Below the pieces are notes generated by a model. The model searched no databases and was not told where the DNA came from. It saw nothing but the letters and a program-made list of their open reading frames with translations. A DNA stretch of 64,000 nt from positions 28,064 to 92,063 of the forward strand of contig JASEEV010000001.1 in the NCBI GenBank assembly GCA_030019435.1, written 5' to 3'. This DNA comes from Methanocellales archaeon. GTDB taxonomy: Archaea; Halobacteriota; UBA148. A program made the position numbers and the translations under genes. Positions 31,108-42,967 of this stretch are shown piece after piece (within the stretch, counting starts at the first letter, position 1; each line of letters opens with the position of its first letter).

Positions 31108-33501
31108 ATGAAAAAGGAATATGATCCCAATGCAGTGGAGGCAAAATGGCAGAAACAGTGGAATAAAGATGACCTATACCACTTTGATCCAGAGGCAAGT
31201 GGTCCAATATACGTCCTCGATACTCCGCCGCCGTTTACCTCCGGCTCTCTACACATGGGCCATATATTGAATCACACATGGATTGACATTGCCGCTCGAT
31301 ATAAAAGAATGAGAGGCTATAATGTTCTGCTGCCGCAAGGCTTTGACTGTCATGGCTTGCCCACCGAGCTGCAGGTCGAGAGGTTGGGCGTATCAAAAGA
31401 TGATAGGACAAAATTTAGGGATGCATGTGTCGCCTGGACTGAAGATAGCATAGCCAGAATGAAGTCACAGTTCAAGAGACTGGGCTACTCCGCTGACTGG
31501 TCGAGGGAATACAGAACCATGTCCACTGACCATATAATCAAAGTCCAGTTGTCCCTACTCAAATTTAATGAGCTAGGATTAATCTACCGAAGAAAGCATC
31601 CGGTCCACTATTGTTGGAACTGTAATACAGCGCTGGCAAAAGCAGAACTTGGGTATGTGGAGCAGGAGGGTGTTCTCACCTACATAAAATTGGATGTCGA
31701 AGGAGAGCACATAGCCATCGCCACAACTAGGCCAGAGTTGATGTGCGCATGCGTAGCGGTCATGGTTCATCCAGATGATGAGAGATTCCGTAGATATGTG
31801 GGGAGAAAAGCACGACTACCCATCTACGGGAGAGATGTTCCAATAATCGCAGATGAAGGGGTTGATATGGAATTTGGGACCGGCGCAGTATACGTCTGCA
31901 CATATGGCGATGAACAGGATCTGGCATGGCAACAAAAGCATTCATTACCAGTGATATCTGCGATAGACCAAAATGGAACCATGACAAAAGCCGCTGGCAA
32001 ATACAAAGGGCTAAGCATAGCTGAATGCCAAGCGCGGATCATAGAGGATTTGAAGAAGCTGGGCAGCATCATCAAACAGGAGCCGATAACTCATAGGGTC
32101 TTGATCCATGCTGAGCGATCCGAATGCCAGAGACCTATTGAGCTTATACCAACACCACAATGGTTCATCAGGATCAAAGACCGCACTGGAGATGTGATTG
32201 AAGCTGCTAAGAAGATGAATTGGTACCCATCGTACATGCTCCAACGACTCATTGATTGGGCAACCTCCCTGGAGTGGGATTGGGTCATTTCCAGACAAAG
32301 GGCATTTGGAACTCCCATTCCGTTCTGGTATTGCTCCAAGTGCGAATCCACGATAGCACCTTCTCCGAACAAGCTACCAGTAAATCCTGCTATAGATGAG
32401 TCACCGGTCAAAAAATGTCCACATTGTGGCTCGAAAGACATCTTAGGCAGTAGGGATGTGTGCGACTGCTGGGTCGATAGCTCGATCTCTCCGCTCATGG
32501 CAAGCAACTGGATGGGAGATGACTTCGATGAGCTCTATCCAACCTCTCTTAGGCCACAGGGATATGAGATCATTCGGACATGGCTGTTTTACACGATCTT
32601 CCGTTGCCTCATTCTAACTGGAGAGGCGCCATTCGAGGATATTTTAATCAATGGAATGGTGCAAGGACCAGACGGCAGAAAGATGTCCAAAAGCTTAGGC
32701 AATGTCATCGAGCCAGAGGAGATCGTGGTGAAGTATGGCGTCGATCCCGTCAGACAATGGGCTGCTACCGCCTCGCTGGGAGAAGATTATCCGTTCGAAT
32801 GGAAGGAGATCGTGTATGGGAAGCGATTCCTGACGAAGATGTGGAACATCGTTCGGTTCAGCACTCCTCATTATTCTACTATGAGCTCAAAAAAACTGAG
32901 CATCATCGATCAATGGATGCTTAGCAAGCTAAACAGGTTGATTCGGGAAGTCACAGCTGATCTGGATAGATATGAGTTCAAGACGCTCCAGAAGATCAGG
33001 GATTTTGCCTGGAAAGACCTGGCGGATAACTACATCGAGATGATAAAGTACAGGTTATATGGCGATGACGTAGAGGCGAAAGAAAGCGCGCAGTATACGC
33101 TGAGCACTGTTATCGATACAATAGTGCTATTGTTATCGCCGTTCATTCCGCACTTTACAGAGGAGGTTCATTCTTGCTTTGGGGAGGGGAGCATCCATCT
33201 GCGCAGATGGCCTGTTGCAGATAAAACGCTGGTAAACGATGAGGTTGAGAGAGGCGGTGAACAGATCAAAGACGTGATCTGTGCCATAAGAAGATATAAG
33301 TCAGAGAGAGGTATGGCACTAAATGCTGAAGTGGAAAGGATCGAGATATATGCCCCTGATATTAGCTGGCTTACCCAAGGCATAAACGACCTCAGGGGAA
33401 CTACATGGGCGAGGAACGTTGAGGTTATAAAAGGAGAACCAGAGAAGAGGAGAGGAGATGTCCTCCAGGTGGGAGATGTGACGATTGTGATCGAGAGATA
33501 A
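31108..33501 (+). CDS. valS: Valyl-tRNA synthetase (class I)
   Basis: PPPFTSGSLHMGH (HIGH-class motif with the ValRS-type PPP prefix), DCHGLP, KMSKS; 797 aa. Confidence 0.7.
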   Translation: MKKEYDPNAVEAKWQKQWNKDDLYHFDPEASGPIYVLDTPPPFTSGSLHMGHILNHTWIDIAARYKRMRGYNVLLPQGFDCHGLPTELQVERLGVSKDDRTKFRDACVAWTEDSIARMKSQFKRLGYSADWSREYRTMSTDHIIKVQLSLLKFNELGLIYRRKHPVHYCWNCNTALAKAELGYVEQEGVLTYIKLDVEGEHIAIATTRPELMCACVAVMVHPDDERFRRYVGRKARLPIYGRDVPIIADEGVDMEFGTGAVYVCTYGDEQDLAWQQKHSLPVISAIDQNGTMTKAAGKYKGLSIAECQARIIEDLKKLGSIIKQEPITHRVLIHAERSECQRPIELIPTPQWFIRIKDRTGDVIEAAKKMNWYPSYMLQRLIDWATSLEWDWVISRQRAFGTPIPFWYCSKCESTIAPSPNKLPVNPAIDESPVKKCPHCGSKDILGSRDVCDCWVDSSISPLMASNWMGDDFDELYPTSLRPQGYEIIRTWLFYTIFRCLILTGEAPFEDILINGMVQGPDGRKMSKSLGNVIEPEEIVVKYGVDPVRQWAATASLGEDYPFEWKEIVYGKRFLTKMWNIVRFSTPHYSTMSSKKLSIIDQWMLSKLNRLIREVTADLDRYEFKTLQKIRDFAWKDLADNYIEMIKYRLYGDDVEAKESAQYTLSTVIDTIVLLLSPFIPHFTEEVHSCFGEGSIHLRRWPVADKTLVNDEVERGGEQIKDVICAIRRYKSERGMALNAEVERIEIYAPDISWLTQGINDLRGTTWARNVEVIKGEPEKRRGDVLQVGDVTIVIER

Positions 33502-33531
33502 AGTTTGCAGTCAATCTTCGTTTTTACGAGA

Positions 33532-34257
33532 TTAAACAAATCCCTTTATCTCCTTTTCGAAGTAGGGCTTAAAATTCGTTGCGTCCAGCAGGGATTGCAG
33601 AAAATCCTTTTTGATTTCACATGTCATTAATACCTTGATGTCCTGCTCGTCCTTCCATATCTTGCTGTTTATGTACGCTCTTTGGAGTGGGGAGAACTCT
33701 GCTCCTCTCCTCAGATCATACCTTCTATCTGCTAATGCCTTAACCTTGTACAATAGCAATACCTCGAGTAATGGCACTCTAGCAACCACATCTTGTATTT
33801 TCCATTCTTTGGAATGCTTCATGCCCAGTTCCCAAGGAATCTCCACATCAGCATTCTCGTGTAGAATGTTTTTATCAACCAATGAACAAGCATCCAGATA
33901 TATTCTTTCTATGCCCCTAGAGGTCTTGACCTCTTTATAGAACTCCTTTGTAAACACACCACTGCTTTTGTAACCAGCTGCACGATAATATGGGAGTAGA
34001 ACCCTGTGAGTACTCTCTCTAGAGGGAAAGATGATGTCGATATCCCTTGAACCAAGACCTGGAACATAGGAGAAGACTGCCCAACCACCTATAATGATTG
34101 GATGATAGCCATATTGTTTGTTTATCCATCTTACGAATCTAACGAGCTCTTTGTAGGACTCTGTGAGAATTTCATCATCGTAATATTCATCCAATTTCCA
34201 GCCCCCACAATTCTTTGAACAGATCCTTTGCTGCGTAGATTTTATTGTCGCATGCAA
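33532..34257 (-). CDS. AbiEii-like nucleotidyltransferase (DUF1814-type toxin)
   Basis: IIIGGWAVFSYVPGLGSRDIDIIF matches the Pol-beta NTase hG[GS]...DhD core, and a third acidic residue lies downstream. The ORF overlaps the upstream partner by 71 nt in another frame. Confidence 0.55.
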   Translation of the reverse strand: MHATIKSTQQRICSKNCGGWKLDEYYDDEILTESYKELVRFVRWINKQYGYHPIIIGGWAVFSYVPGLGSRDIDIIFPSRESTHRVLLPYYRAAGYKSSGVFTKEFYKEVKTSRGIERIYLDACSLVDKNILHENADVEIPWELGMKHSKEWKIQDVVARVPLLEVLLLYKVKALADRRYDLRRGAEFSPLQRAYINSKIWKDEQDIKVLMTCEIKKDFLQSLLDATNFKPYFEKEIKGFV

Positions 34258-34777
34258 GATCGATAACCGTTCTGAGCTTGGTTGTGATTTCTATTTTGTC
34301 TTTAACGATATCTGTTTCAAATTCCATGTCAGGTTTGTATATATGAAGAACGGTTTTCCCACCACTATATGGGGCAAAAACCTCTGTCACCTTTTTGATA
34401 TCCCTGCTGTATATGCACACCCTATCCGTTCTCAGATAAGGCGAGTATCTTTCCAGAGCGGAATCTAAGCAAAGTACGCTCCCTTTTGGCGTATTATCTA
34501 TGATATCCCCTGTTGACCCTCTAACCGGAATGGTCTTGATGAGAAGTTCTTTCATGCTTCTAAACAATGGAAAAATACTTATTATTCCTGCAGGATCAAT
34601 AACACTATACCTCCTCGTTGTCTTCTCGATAAAGTTCCTAGATAACAACCAATGAGTAACTGAGTTTATCTGTCCTATCGATACATCTGTTTTTTTGTGA
34701 ATGCCCAACTGAGTGAACTCTAGGGAACTTAAAACCGCCTTGATCACCATATAGGTCTTGGGACTTGTCGGATTCAT
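34187..34777 (-). CDS. AbiEi-like putative antitoxin/transcriptional regulator (N-terminal wHTH)
   Basis: 196-aa ORF directly upstream of the NTase; N-terminal helix-turn-helix-like segment LGIHKKTDVSIGQINSVTHWLL. Confidence 0.4.
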   Translation of the reverse strand: MNPTSPKTYMVIKAVLSSLEFTQLGIHKKTDVSIGQINSVTHWLLSRNFIEKTTRRYSVIDPAGIISIFPLFRSMKELLIKTIPVRGSTGDIIDNTPKGSVLCLDSALERYSPYLRTDRVCIYSRDIKKVTEVFAPYSGGKTVLHIYKPDMEFETDIVKDKIEITTKLRTVIDLACDNKIYAAKDLFKELWGLEIG

Positions 34778-34933
34778 CTCAACACCAGAACAATAATTGT
34801 TTCGTTATATAATGAAACTTTCGGTATATAGTGAAAATAAGATTCTTTGATGCCTATTTTAATCTTCGTTATTTATATCTGTCCATCAAACATTTTTTCA
34901 GTTAACTTTATAAATAATGCTGTTATCCTTCTG

Positions 34934-35503
34934 ATGAATAATATGATCCAAAAATTGAATAATAATCAAATCGAGATCGTCAAGTTCCTGCGTGAAAATG
35001 GGGAACGTTCCATAAGAGCCATATCGCAGGAGCTTGGTCAGGCTTATCCAACCACATGGAGGAACATGGTTAAGCTAAATAGTCTTGGCATCGTGGAGTT
35101 CAAAATTGTCGGAAAAAGCAGGATGTGCTCTTTGAACAAAAAAGCCATTTCCTATACAACTGATGTGGCTGAGGATATGGCTTCCAAGCTGGATTATAAA
35201 GTACCACCTGGACTCGTGGTTGCGGTTGCTAGAGACTGGTTGTTTGGGGAGATTTTGATGGTTGCATTTATGAATGAAGAAGCGGTGATGAAAACATTAG
35301 TAACTGGCGAGGTGCACTACTGGTCTCGCTCTAGGGAGAAGTTGTGGAAGAAGGGTGAAACGAGCGGAAACATCCAAATCCTGAAGGATGTGCACGTGGA
35401 CTGCGATGCTGATACCTTGCTCTTGGACATCGAGCAAGAGGGAGTGGCATGTCACACCGGCAAGAGAAGTTGTTTTTACAGGACATTTGATATGATTAAA
35501 TAA
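34934..35503 (+). CDS. hisI: Phosphoribosyl-AMP cyclohydrolase with N-terminal winged-HTH domain
   Basis: The C-terminal 110 aa is HisI (HYWSRSREKLWKKGETSGN...DCDADTLL...ACHTGKRSCFY). The N-terminal 75 aa is wHTH-like (IVKFLRENGERSIRAISQELG...LGIVEF). One continuous frame. Confidence 0.7.
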   Translation: MNNMIQKLNNNQIEIVKFLRENGERSIRAISQELGQAYPTTWRNMVKLNSLGIVEFKIVGKSRMCSLNKKAISYTTDVAEDMASKLDYKVPPGLVVAVARDWLFGEILMVAFMNEEAVMKTLVTGEVHYWSRSREKLWKKGETSGNIQILKDVHVDCDADTLLLDIEQEGVACHTGKRSCFYRTFDMIK

Positions 35504-35530
35504 TAGTAGTCATCATATTCATGTGGGGGA

Positions 35531-35893
35531 ATGAAGTTGAAAGAGGTAACCGAGATATTTGAAAACACTGGCTCCAGGCTGATAAAGGGCATCTTGGAGA
35601 GAGGAGGAGTAGTTCTGGGAATAAAAGTGGAAAACTTTGCTGGCGTTCTGGTGGAGGACAAGGTATACGCAGATGGTCTGGCAAAAAAAGTGGAAGGGCA
35701 AACAGGAGCGAAGGGCTACATATCCACAGACGAGCTCCCAGCCTATGGAATATCAAAAGAGGAGAAGGAGGCAGTGGAGGCTGCATTTGATAGCAAGGAA
35801 AACGATGTCGTCATACTGGTGGTAGATGAGGAGGAAAGAGCAAAGAAGGCACTGGATGTCATAGAAGAGGAGATCAAAATTAGATTGGGCTGA
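35531..35893 (+). CDS. Conserved hypothetical protein (120 aa, acidic)
   Basis: ORF with plausible spacing to hisI; no motif recognised. Confidence 0.4.
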   Translation: MKLKEVTEIFENTGSRLIKGILERGGVVLGIKVENFAGVLVEDKVYADGLAKKVEGQTGAKGYISTDELPAYGISKEEKEAVEAAFDSKENDVVILVVDEEERAKKALDVIEEEIKIRLG

Positions 35894-35897
35894 GCCC

Positions 35898-36449
35898 TCA
35901 TCTCTCCATCAAATTCGTCTCGATCAGCCTTTCGTGCAGCACGTGCAATATCTTGGCATCTTGGATGCAATGATCCTGTACTGCATCATAGTTTCCAGCC
36001 ATCCACTGCTCGATCACCCATTTTCCACTCTCACAAGGCTTTTGGTAAGGGATACCAAGATAGGCGCACACATCCTCAAGTTTTCTTGATTTCAGCAGTA
36101 GGTTACTCCTGACAACATAGTATAGATCGATGTGCTTGTCCCTTCCTACAAAGTTCTGTCTAAAACGCCTTATTTCATCGTACATCTTCCAATCATAGAG
36201 CCTGGTGATGATCATGGGATAATCGAAAGAGTAGCCGTAATAAGAAAGGATCTTGGAGTCCAGATGCCTCACCCTTAGATCGCAGAGATCTGCTATCAGC
36301 CGTCTGAGCAGCCCAGCCTCCTCTTCTGGGGTCTTTATGATGTTTGAATATGTTATGCCCTCTTGTCCTACGATGGCGTAGCACACGATTATGCCATCAT
36401 CAGCATGTAGGGATGTCGTCTCTATGTCCAATCCTATGTGATATGTCAT
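35898..36449 (-). CDS. DEDD-family 3'-5' exonuclease (DnaQ-like)
   Basis: Exo I motif GLDIETT and downstream H/D motifs (YDAVQDHCIQD). Confidence 0.65.
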   Translation of the reverse strand: MTYHIGLDIETTSLHADDGIIVCYAIVGQEGITYSNIIKTPEEEAGLLRRLIADLCDLRVRHLDSKILSYYGYSFDYPMIITRLYDWKMYDEIRRFRQNFVGRDKHIDLYYVVRSNLLLKSRKLEDVCAYLGIPYQKPCESGKWVIEQWMAGNYDAVQDHCIQDAKILHVLHERLIETNLMER

Positions 36450-37051
36450 CGCTCCCCCAAGTATTTGATGATTTTATCCATGACTTCTTCTTCCATCTCA
36501 TCCAATTCTCGTTCTGCGTCGATTTTGACAAAACGCTCCGGCTCCTCATCAGCCAATCTGAGATAATTGTGTTGTACTTTTCCCAAGAATTCGATTTCCT
36601 CGAATTTTGTTCTTTTGCGAGCACAGCGAGTTAATGCTACGACAGGATCAACCAAGAGCAAGAACGTCAGATCCGGCTTTATGGTCCATTCATCATGGAT
36701 TTGTTTGATCCATCCGATCGGATCGTCAATACGATCTGCAAGCAGAGCACCTTGATATGCATATTGGCTGTCTGAGTAACGATCAGATATGACGATTTTT
36801 CCTTGGCGCAATGCCGGCTGGATCCTGACAACATGCTCCGCATGGTCTGCTACGAAAAGAAATAGCTCCACCAACGAATCCGTATCGGAACATATCGATC
36901 TGCGAACGACATTTCCAATCCATGTCTGGGTTGGCTCTTTTGTGAAAACCACCTCATAATCACCTCTGAGATGTTCTACAACACGCTTTGCTAAGGTGCT
37001 TTTACCAGAACCATCGATGCCCTCAAACGTTATCAACCGACCTTTCATCAC
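36446..37051 (-). CDS. tmk: Thymidylate kinase
   Basis: P-loop ITFEGIDGSGKST and DRY-like DRYSDS motif; 201 aa. Confidence 0.9.
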   Translation of the reverse strand: MMKGRLITFEGIDGSGKSTLAKRVVEHLRGDYEVVFTKEPTQTWIGNVVRRSICSDTDSLVELFLFVADHAEHVVRIQPALRQGKIVISDRYSDSQYAYQGALLADRIDDPIGWIKQIHDEWTIKPDLTFLLLVDPVVALTRCARKRTKFEEIEFLGKVQHNYLRLADEEPERFVKIDAERELDEMEEEVMDKIIKYLGER

Positions 37052-37172
37052 CTCACAACTTTACTTAGGGGCAAAAAGCGTTTCGGTCTCGAAAGCGTAT
37101 ATGTTTGTACATTGTAGTACAATGGTACAAAACTTTAAATAGCAATTGAACTGAGAACGGAAAGGTGATCAG

Positions 37173-38531
37173 ATGGAAGAAACGAAAATCTTGTTGGATG
37201 AAAACGAGATACCAAAAAAATGGTACAATATCCAGGCTGATCTTCCGACACCATTGGATCCATACCTAAACCCGGCGACAAAGGAGCCGGTCGGTCCGGA
37301 GGACTTGGCACCCATATTTCCCATGGAATTGATCAAGCAAGAGGTAAGCACGGAACGATGGATTCCCATTCCTGATGAAGTTCGAGATATCTATCGACTA
37401 TGGAGACCTACACCACTATACAGAGCCCTGCGCCTAGAGAAGGCTCTAAAAACGCCAGCCAAGATCTACTACAAATGGGAAGGCGTCAGCCCACCAGGAA
37501 GCCATAAGCCGAATACAGCGGTGGCACAAGCATACTACAACATGAAGGAAGGTGTCGAGAGGATCACAACTGAGACGGGAGCGGGGCAATGGGGCTCTGC
37601 ACTAGCCTTTGGCACATGTCTCTTCGACTTGGATTGCACGATATACATGGTGAGGATAAGCTATGAGCAAAAACCATATCGCCGAGTACTGATGGAAACA
37701 TGGGGAGCTGAAGTTTTTCCGAGTCCGTCCCAGAGGACAAATGCTGGGAGGAAAATACTGGAAAAAGATCCAGAGACGACGGGGAGCCTGGGAATAGCCA
37801 TAAGCGAGGCTGTAGAGGATGCTGCAACACACGATGACACGAAATATTCATTAGGCTCTGTGCTTAACCATGTCCTGTTGCACCAGACCGTTGTGGGCTT
37901 AGAAGTGAAAAAGCAGTTTGAAATAGCAGAGGAGTATCCGGATGTCATGTTTGGATGCGTCGGTGGTGGAAGCAATTTTTCTGGAGCCTGCTTCCCATTT
38001 GTCGGTGATAAGTTAAGGGGTGAGAGACCAGATCTGCAAGTGATATCTTGCGAGCCAACCGCGTGTCCAACATTGACGAAAGGGCTCTATAAGTATGATT
38101 TTGGAGATACGGCAATGCTAACGCCGCTTCTCCTAATGTACACGCTTGGACACGATTTTGTTCCAGCTCCAATACATGCTGGCGGTCTAAGATATCATGG
38201 CGATGCTCCATTGCTGTGTAAGCTCACCAATGAAGGTGTCATGGGCGCTGTTGCATACCATCAAAATGAGGTGTTCGAAGCTGCGCTCACGTTTGCACGA
38301 GCTGAGGGCATTGTTGTAGCACCAGAGACCGCACATTGCGTAAAAGCCACAATAGATGAAGCAAGAAGATGTAAAGAAACTGGTGAAGAGAAGACGATTT
38401 TCTTCGCCAACTCTGGACATGGGCACTTCGATTTGGCGGCATATGATGCGTACCTTGCTGGAAAATTGGTGGACTATGAATACCCTGCAGAACTGATCAA
38501 GCGTGCACTGGCTAATTTACCGAAGGTGTGA
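37173..38531 (+). CDS. trpB2: Tryptophan synthase beta chain, type 2 (TrpB2)
   Basis: About 450 aa with the N-terminal extension typical of TrpB2 and a PLP-lysine region. Confidence 0.8.
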   Translation: MEETKILLDENEIPKKWYNIQADLPTPLDPYLNPATKEPVGPEDLAPIFPMELIKQEVSTERWIPIPDEVRDIYRLWRPTPLYRALRLEKALKTPAKIYYKWEGVSPPGSHKPNTAVAQAYYNMKEGVERITTETGAGQWGSALAFGTCLFDLDCTIYMVRISYEQKPYRRVLMETWGAEVFPSPSQRTNAGRKILEKDPETTGSLGIAISEAVEDAATHDDTKYSLGSVLNHVLLHQTVVGLEVKKQFEIAEEYPDVMFGCVGGGSNFSGACFPFVGDKLRGERPDLQVISCEPTACPTLTKGLYKYDFGDTAMLTPLLLMYTLGHDFVPAPIHAGGLRYHGDAPLLCKLTNEGVMGAVAYHQNEVFEAALTFARAEGIVVAPETAHCVKATIDEARRCKETGEEKTIFFANSGHGHFDLAAYDAYLAGKLVDYEYPAELIKRALANLPKV

Positions 38532-38613
38532 ATCCACTTCCTGATTTTGATGTCTCCCTTAAACCAACCAAAAGTTCATTAGGGAAAAGAGTGTTATTGT
38601 TCCGAAAAGATAG

Positions 38614-40071
38614 GTGGAGGACGTGTTCACGAAGAAACTAGATGCCCCCATGGGAATTACTTTTGATGATGTTTTGCTCCTGCCAAATGAGTCACGAGTC
38701 GAACCAGACCAAGCAGATGTTACATCACGAGTGTCGAGAGACGTTTCGCTTAACATTCCCATTGTAAGCGCGGCAATGGACACCGTGACAGAGGCAAACA
38801 TGGCAATCGCCATGGCACGTGAAGGGGGCATAGGCGTAATTCACCGAAATATGAGCAAAGAGCAACAGGTAAATGAGGTGCATGAGGTAAAGCGGGCTGA
38901 TGAACTTCTGGTGAGAGAAGTGGTGACGGTCACTCCAGACTGTTCGGTCAAAGCGGTCTGGCGTTTGATGACGGAGGAGGATGTCGGCGGTGTTCCTGTC
39001 GTCGATAAAAAATTGGTGGGGATTGTAAGCAGAAGAGATGTTCTTCCCATCGTGGAGTCTGATCCCACGAAAGAAGTTAAAGAGGTGATGACGAGGGATT
39101 TGATCACCGCATACGAGAATGTCTCATTGGAAGAGGCGCTCGACAAAATGTATGAACATAAGGTGGAGCGACTTCCTGTTGTGGACGAAAAAGGTAGTCT
39201 CAAGGGCATAATCACCATGCAGAACATTCTTCAGCGAAGGCAGTATCCTATGGCGAGCAGGGATGAGAACGATCGCCTCATAGTAGCGGCGGCAGTAGGT
39301 CCTTTCGACGTCGAGAGAGCGGTCGCACTGGATAAAGCTGGCGCAAATGTGCTGATGATAGACTGTGCGCATGCGCACAACATGAACGTCGTAGATTCTG
39401 CTAGGATGATCAAGAAGAAAGTTAAAGCGGATGTGGTAGTGGGCAACATTGCAACGGCAGAGGCTGCTGAAGAATTGGTTGACTTCGTGGATGGAATCAA
39501 GGTAGGCGTAGGCCCAGGATCTATTTGCATAACAAGAGTGGTAGCTGGAGTTGGTGTTCCACAGCTGACCGCCATAGCAGAGGTGGCAGATGTCGCATCT
39601 AAGCACGACATACCAGTGATCGCTGATGGAGGGATTAGATATTCCGGCGATATAGCTAAAGCCATCGCCATAGGCGCTGATGTTGTCATGCTGGGTAATT
39701 TGTTGGCAGGAACGGATGAGGCTCCTGGGCGAACGATCACCATCAAGGGAAGACGGTACAAGCAGTACAGGGGCATGGGCTCACTGGGAGTCATGTCTGG
39801 TGGAGAGAGTGTGGACCGATACCTCGGCAAGACGAAGTTCGTGCCAGAAGGCGTGGAGGGTGCAATTCCGTACTCTGGAACCGTCGGAGATACGCTTTAT
39901 CAATTGGTCGGTGGGCTCCGCTCATCCATGGGTTATGTTGGCGCACAGAGCATAGAAGAGCTGCACAAAAAGGCGCGATTTATCAGGATCACACCATCTG
40001 GATATTATGAGAGTCACCCACACGATGTTTTGATCACAGATGAGACGCCGAACTATCCGATAGGTGAGTGA
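38614..40071 (+). CDS. guaB: IMP dehydrogenase with CBS pair
   Basis: [10 protein letters not shown]-terminus, CBS pair, catalytic loop [20 protein letters not shown]. Confidence 0.9.
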   Translation: MEDVFTKKLDAPMGITFDDVLLLPNESRVEPDQADVTSRVSRDVSLNIPIVSAAMDTVTEANMAIAMAREGGIGVIHRNMSKEQQVNEVHEVKRADELLVREVVTVTPDCSVKAVWRLMTEEDVGGVPVVDKKLVGIVSRRDVLPIVESDPTKEVKEVMTRDLITAYENVSLEEALDKMYEHKVERLPVVDEKGSLKGIITMQNILQRRQYPMASRDENDRLIVAAAVGPFDVERAVALDKAGANVLMIDCAHAHNMNVVDSARMIKKKVKADVVVGNIATAEAAEELVDFVDGIKVGVGPGSICITRVVAGVGVPQLTAIAEVADVASKHDIPVIADGGIRYSGDIAKAIAIGADVVMLGNLLAGTDEAPGRTITIKGRRYKQYRGMGSLGVMSGGESVDRYLGKTKFVPEGVEGAIPYSGTVGDTLYQLVGGLRSSMGYVGAQSIEELHKKARFIRITPSGYYESHPHDVLITDETPNYPIGE

Positions 40072-40124
40072 ACACAAGCTTTATATACAATCATCACTAA
40101 CCTAAGGTTAGTAACCTAAAGTTA

Positions 40125-40763
40125 TTGATATACATGGATTCAGCTCAGCTACTGGACATCTTAGGCAATGAAAATCGAAGGAGGATACTTCAACTACTCT
40201 CGCACAAGCCATGCTACGTCTCTGAGATCGCAGATCGCCTGAGCGTAGGTCCTAAAGCCATCCTTGACCATTTGGACATGTTGGAGAGAGCAGGTCTCAT
40301 TGAATGCTCGAATGAGCAGCGGCGTAAATACTTCCATATCGCAGGTAATGTCCAACTGGAGGTTTCCGTCTCACCCCATTTATATGGCGTGGAGACAAAT
40401 TCCATCATGATCAGCGTTGAAGAGCAAAGGAGGCTAAGGCAAGAGTACAGTTCGATGGCATTGCTAAACCTGAACGATGAATTACGGCGATTGCACTCAT
40501 TACGCAGAGAACTGATGCTCGCACAGCGATCCACTCAAGCGAGGATCGCCGAGCTTATGAATCTATGCGCTGAAATGATCGACCAGATCATATCAGACCA
40601 CCTAGAAGCTGAGATCTTATTGGCTTTGGTCACGGGAACTAGAAGAGTGGAGATGCTTTCAGAGGAGTTGAACATCCCCGCAAACAAAATCGATAAAGGA
40701 CTTCATCAGTTGAAAGAAAAAGGAATGATCATAGAAAGACAAAAAAAGTGGTATATTAGGTGA
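40125..40763 (+). CDS. ArsR/HSR1-like HTH transcriptional regulator with C-terminal second wHTH
   Basis: N-terminal ArsR-type HTH ([22 protein letters not shown]) and C-terminal helix-rich domain. Immediately upstream of cdc48-hsp20. Confidence 0.6.
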   Translation: MIYMDSAQLLDILGNENRRRILQLLSHKPCYVSEIADRLSVGPKAILDHLDMLERAGLIECSNEQRRKYFHIAGNVQLEVSVSPHLYGVETNSIMISVEEQRRLRQEYSSMALLNLNDELRRLHSLRRELMLAQRSTQARIAELMNLCAEMIDQIISDHLEAEILLALVTGTRRVEMLSEELNIPANKIDKGLHQLKEKGMIIERQKKWYIR

Positions 40764-42958
40764 GAAAAATGTCAGAAGAAGTCACGCTAAGAGTGGCGGA
40801 AGCATATCACAGGGATGCTGGAAGGGGAATTGCTAGAGTCGACATGGCCACCATGAAAAAGCTGGGACTCGTGAGTGGCGATACCATCGAGATACAGGGA
40901 AAACAGACAGCAGCAGCCATCGTCTGGCCTGGATACTCTGACGATACGGGCAAGGGAATTATCAGGATAGATGGCAATATTAGGAGCAATGCAGCCGTTG
41001 GTATCGATGACAAAGTTAAAATACGCAAGGTGGAGGCAAAAGAGGCAACCCGCATAACGATTGCGCCGACGCAGCCCGTCAGAATTGTTGGAGGCGAATA
41101 CTACTTACTTAGAATATTGGAAGGACGTCCTGTGATCAAAGGACAAAAAATAAGGGTGGAGATGCTTGGTAATCCCCTCACCTTTATAGTGACGGCAACG
41201 CAGCCATCTGGAATTGTGGTGACGTCAAAAAACACACAGATTGTGCTACAAGAAAGGCCAGTCGAGGAACTAAAAAGGGCAGTCCCACAGATAACGTACG
41301 AGGATATTGGTGGATTAAAACGTGAGATCGCTCTCGTGCGTGAGATGATCGAGCTTCCGCTGAGACATCCAGAGCTATTTCAGAAATTGGGCATCGATCC
41401 TCCCAAAGGTGTTTTACTCCATGGACCCCCTGGGACCGGCAAAACGATGATTGCAAAGGCTGTCGCCAACGAGACGGATGCATACTTTATACCCATCAGT
41501 GGTCCAGAGATCATGAGCAAATTCTACGGCGAGAGCGAAAAGCAACTCCGCGACATCTTCGATGAGGCTGAAAAGTGTGCTCCATCGATCATATTCTTGG
41601 ATGAGCTGGATGCAATTGCTCCAAAGAGAGAGGAAGTAACCGGCGAAGTCGAGCGTCGCGTGGTAGCACAACTCCTCGCGCTCATGGATGGACTGAAAGC
41701 AAGAGGAGAGGTGATCGTGATAGGTGCTACAAACAGACCAAACGCGCTTGATCCTGCCTTGCGAAGAGGCGGAAGATTCGACAGGGAGATCGAGATTGGA
41801 ATCCCAGATCGGAATGGACGACACCAGATTCTACAGGTCCACACAAGAGGGATGCCTCTTTCAGAGGACGTTAACCTGAAGGAGCTTGCGGACATAACCT
41901 ATGGTTTCGTAGGGGCGGACATAGCAGCACTGTGTAAGGAGGCTGCGATGCACGCACTGCGTAAAATCTTGCCGGAAATCGACATGGAAGCAGAAATCCC
42001 CCCTGAGGTCATTGAAAAATTAATTGTCACGAGGGGGGACTTCCATGAGGCTCTGAAGAGCATCGAGCCATCAGCGATGAGAGAAGTGTTCATCGAAGTT
42101 CCCAAGGTAGAATGGAAGGATATCGGGGGCCTTGAGAAGGCCAAACAGGAGCTGATAGAAGCGGTGGAGTGGCCGCTCAAGTACCCAGAGGTGTTTGAGA
42201 CGCTCCATACAGGACCTCCAAAGGGCATACTCCTGTTTGGTCCACCTGGAACTGGCAAGACGATGCTCGCAAAGGCGGTTGCCAATGAGAGTGATGCAAA
42301 TTTCATCTCCATCAAAGGTCCAGAGTTGCTTTCGAAGTGGGTTGGTGAATCAGAGAAGGCAGTACGAGAAATCTTCAGAAAAGCAAGACAATCAGCCCCA
42401 ACGATAATATTCTTAGACGAGCTGGACTCCATAGCACCCACGCGAGGGATGAGCGCCGACTCTAGGGTGACAGAAAGGGTCGTCAGTCAGATACTCACCG
42501 AGTTGGATGGATTAGAGGAGCTAAGAGATGTGGTAGTTTTGGCTGCAACCAACAGACCAGATATGGTCGATCCTGCACTTCTACGTCCTGGAAGATTGGA
42601 TCGATTGATCTACATCCAACCTCCTGATGAGGCGGAGAGGGAGAAGATTTTCAGCATCCACTTAGAGGGCAAGCCTCTTTCAAAGGACATTGACATAAAA
42701 GGGTTGGCGAAAAATACAAGTGGATACGTGGGCGCAGACATCGAGGCAATATGTAGAGAGGCAACGATGCTCGCCCTACGAGAATTCATTCAATCTGGAG
42801 TGGAGCAAGAACATGTAAAAGAGGGGGCCAAAAACATCGTGATAAAAAAGGAGCACCTTGATGCCGCGATGAAAAAGGTCAAACCAACGGTATCCAGAGC
42901 CACCTTCGAAAAGTTTGAGGACATGGCTGAAGATTTCGTAAAATATGCATATGCATGA
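40760..42958 (+). CDS. cdc48: CDC48/VCP-like AAA+ ATPase (two AAA domains)
   Basis: N-domain plus two Walker A/B sets (GPPGTGKT twice; DELD twice); 732 aa. Confidence 0.9.
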   Translation: MRKMSEEVTLRVAEAYHRDAGRGIARVDMATMKKLGLVSGDTIEIQGKQTAAAIVWPGYSDDTGKGIIRIDGNIRSNAAVGIDDKVKIRKVEAKEATRITIAPTQPVRIVGGEYYLLRILEGRPVIKGQKIRVEMLGNPLTFIVTATQPSGIVVTSKNTQIVLQERPVEELKRAVPQITYEDIGGLKREIALVREMIELPLRHPELFQKLGIDPPKGVLLHGPPGTGKTMIAKAVANETDAYFIPISGPEIMSKFYGESEKQLRDIFDEAEKCAPSIIFLDELDAIAPKREEVTGEVERRVVAQLLALMDGLKARGEVIVIGATNRPNALDPALRRGGRFDREIEIGIPDRNGRHQILQVHTRGMPLSEDVNLKELADITYGFVGADIAALCKEAAMHALRKILPEIDMEAEIPPEVIEKLIVTRGDFHEALKSIEPSAMREVFIEVPKVEWKDIGGLEKAKQELIEAVEWPLKYPEVFETLHTGPPKGILLFGPPGTGKTMLAKAVANESDANFISIKGPELLSKWVGESEKAVREIFRKARQSAPTIIFLDELDSIAPTRGMSADSRVTERVVSQILTELDGLEELRDVVVLAATNRPDMVDPALLRPGRLDRLIYIQPPDEAEREKIFSIHLEGKPLSKDIDIKGLAKNTSGYVGADIEAICREATMLALREFIQSGVEQEHVKEGAKNIVIKKEHLDAAMKKVKPTVSRATFEKFEDMAEDFVKYAYA

Positions 42959-42967
42959 GGTGTAAAG

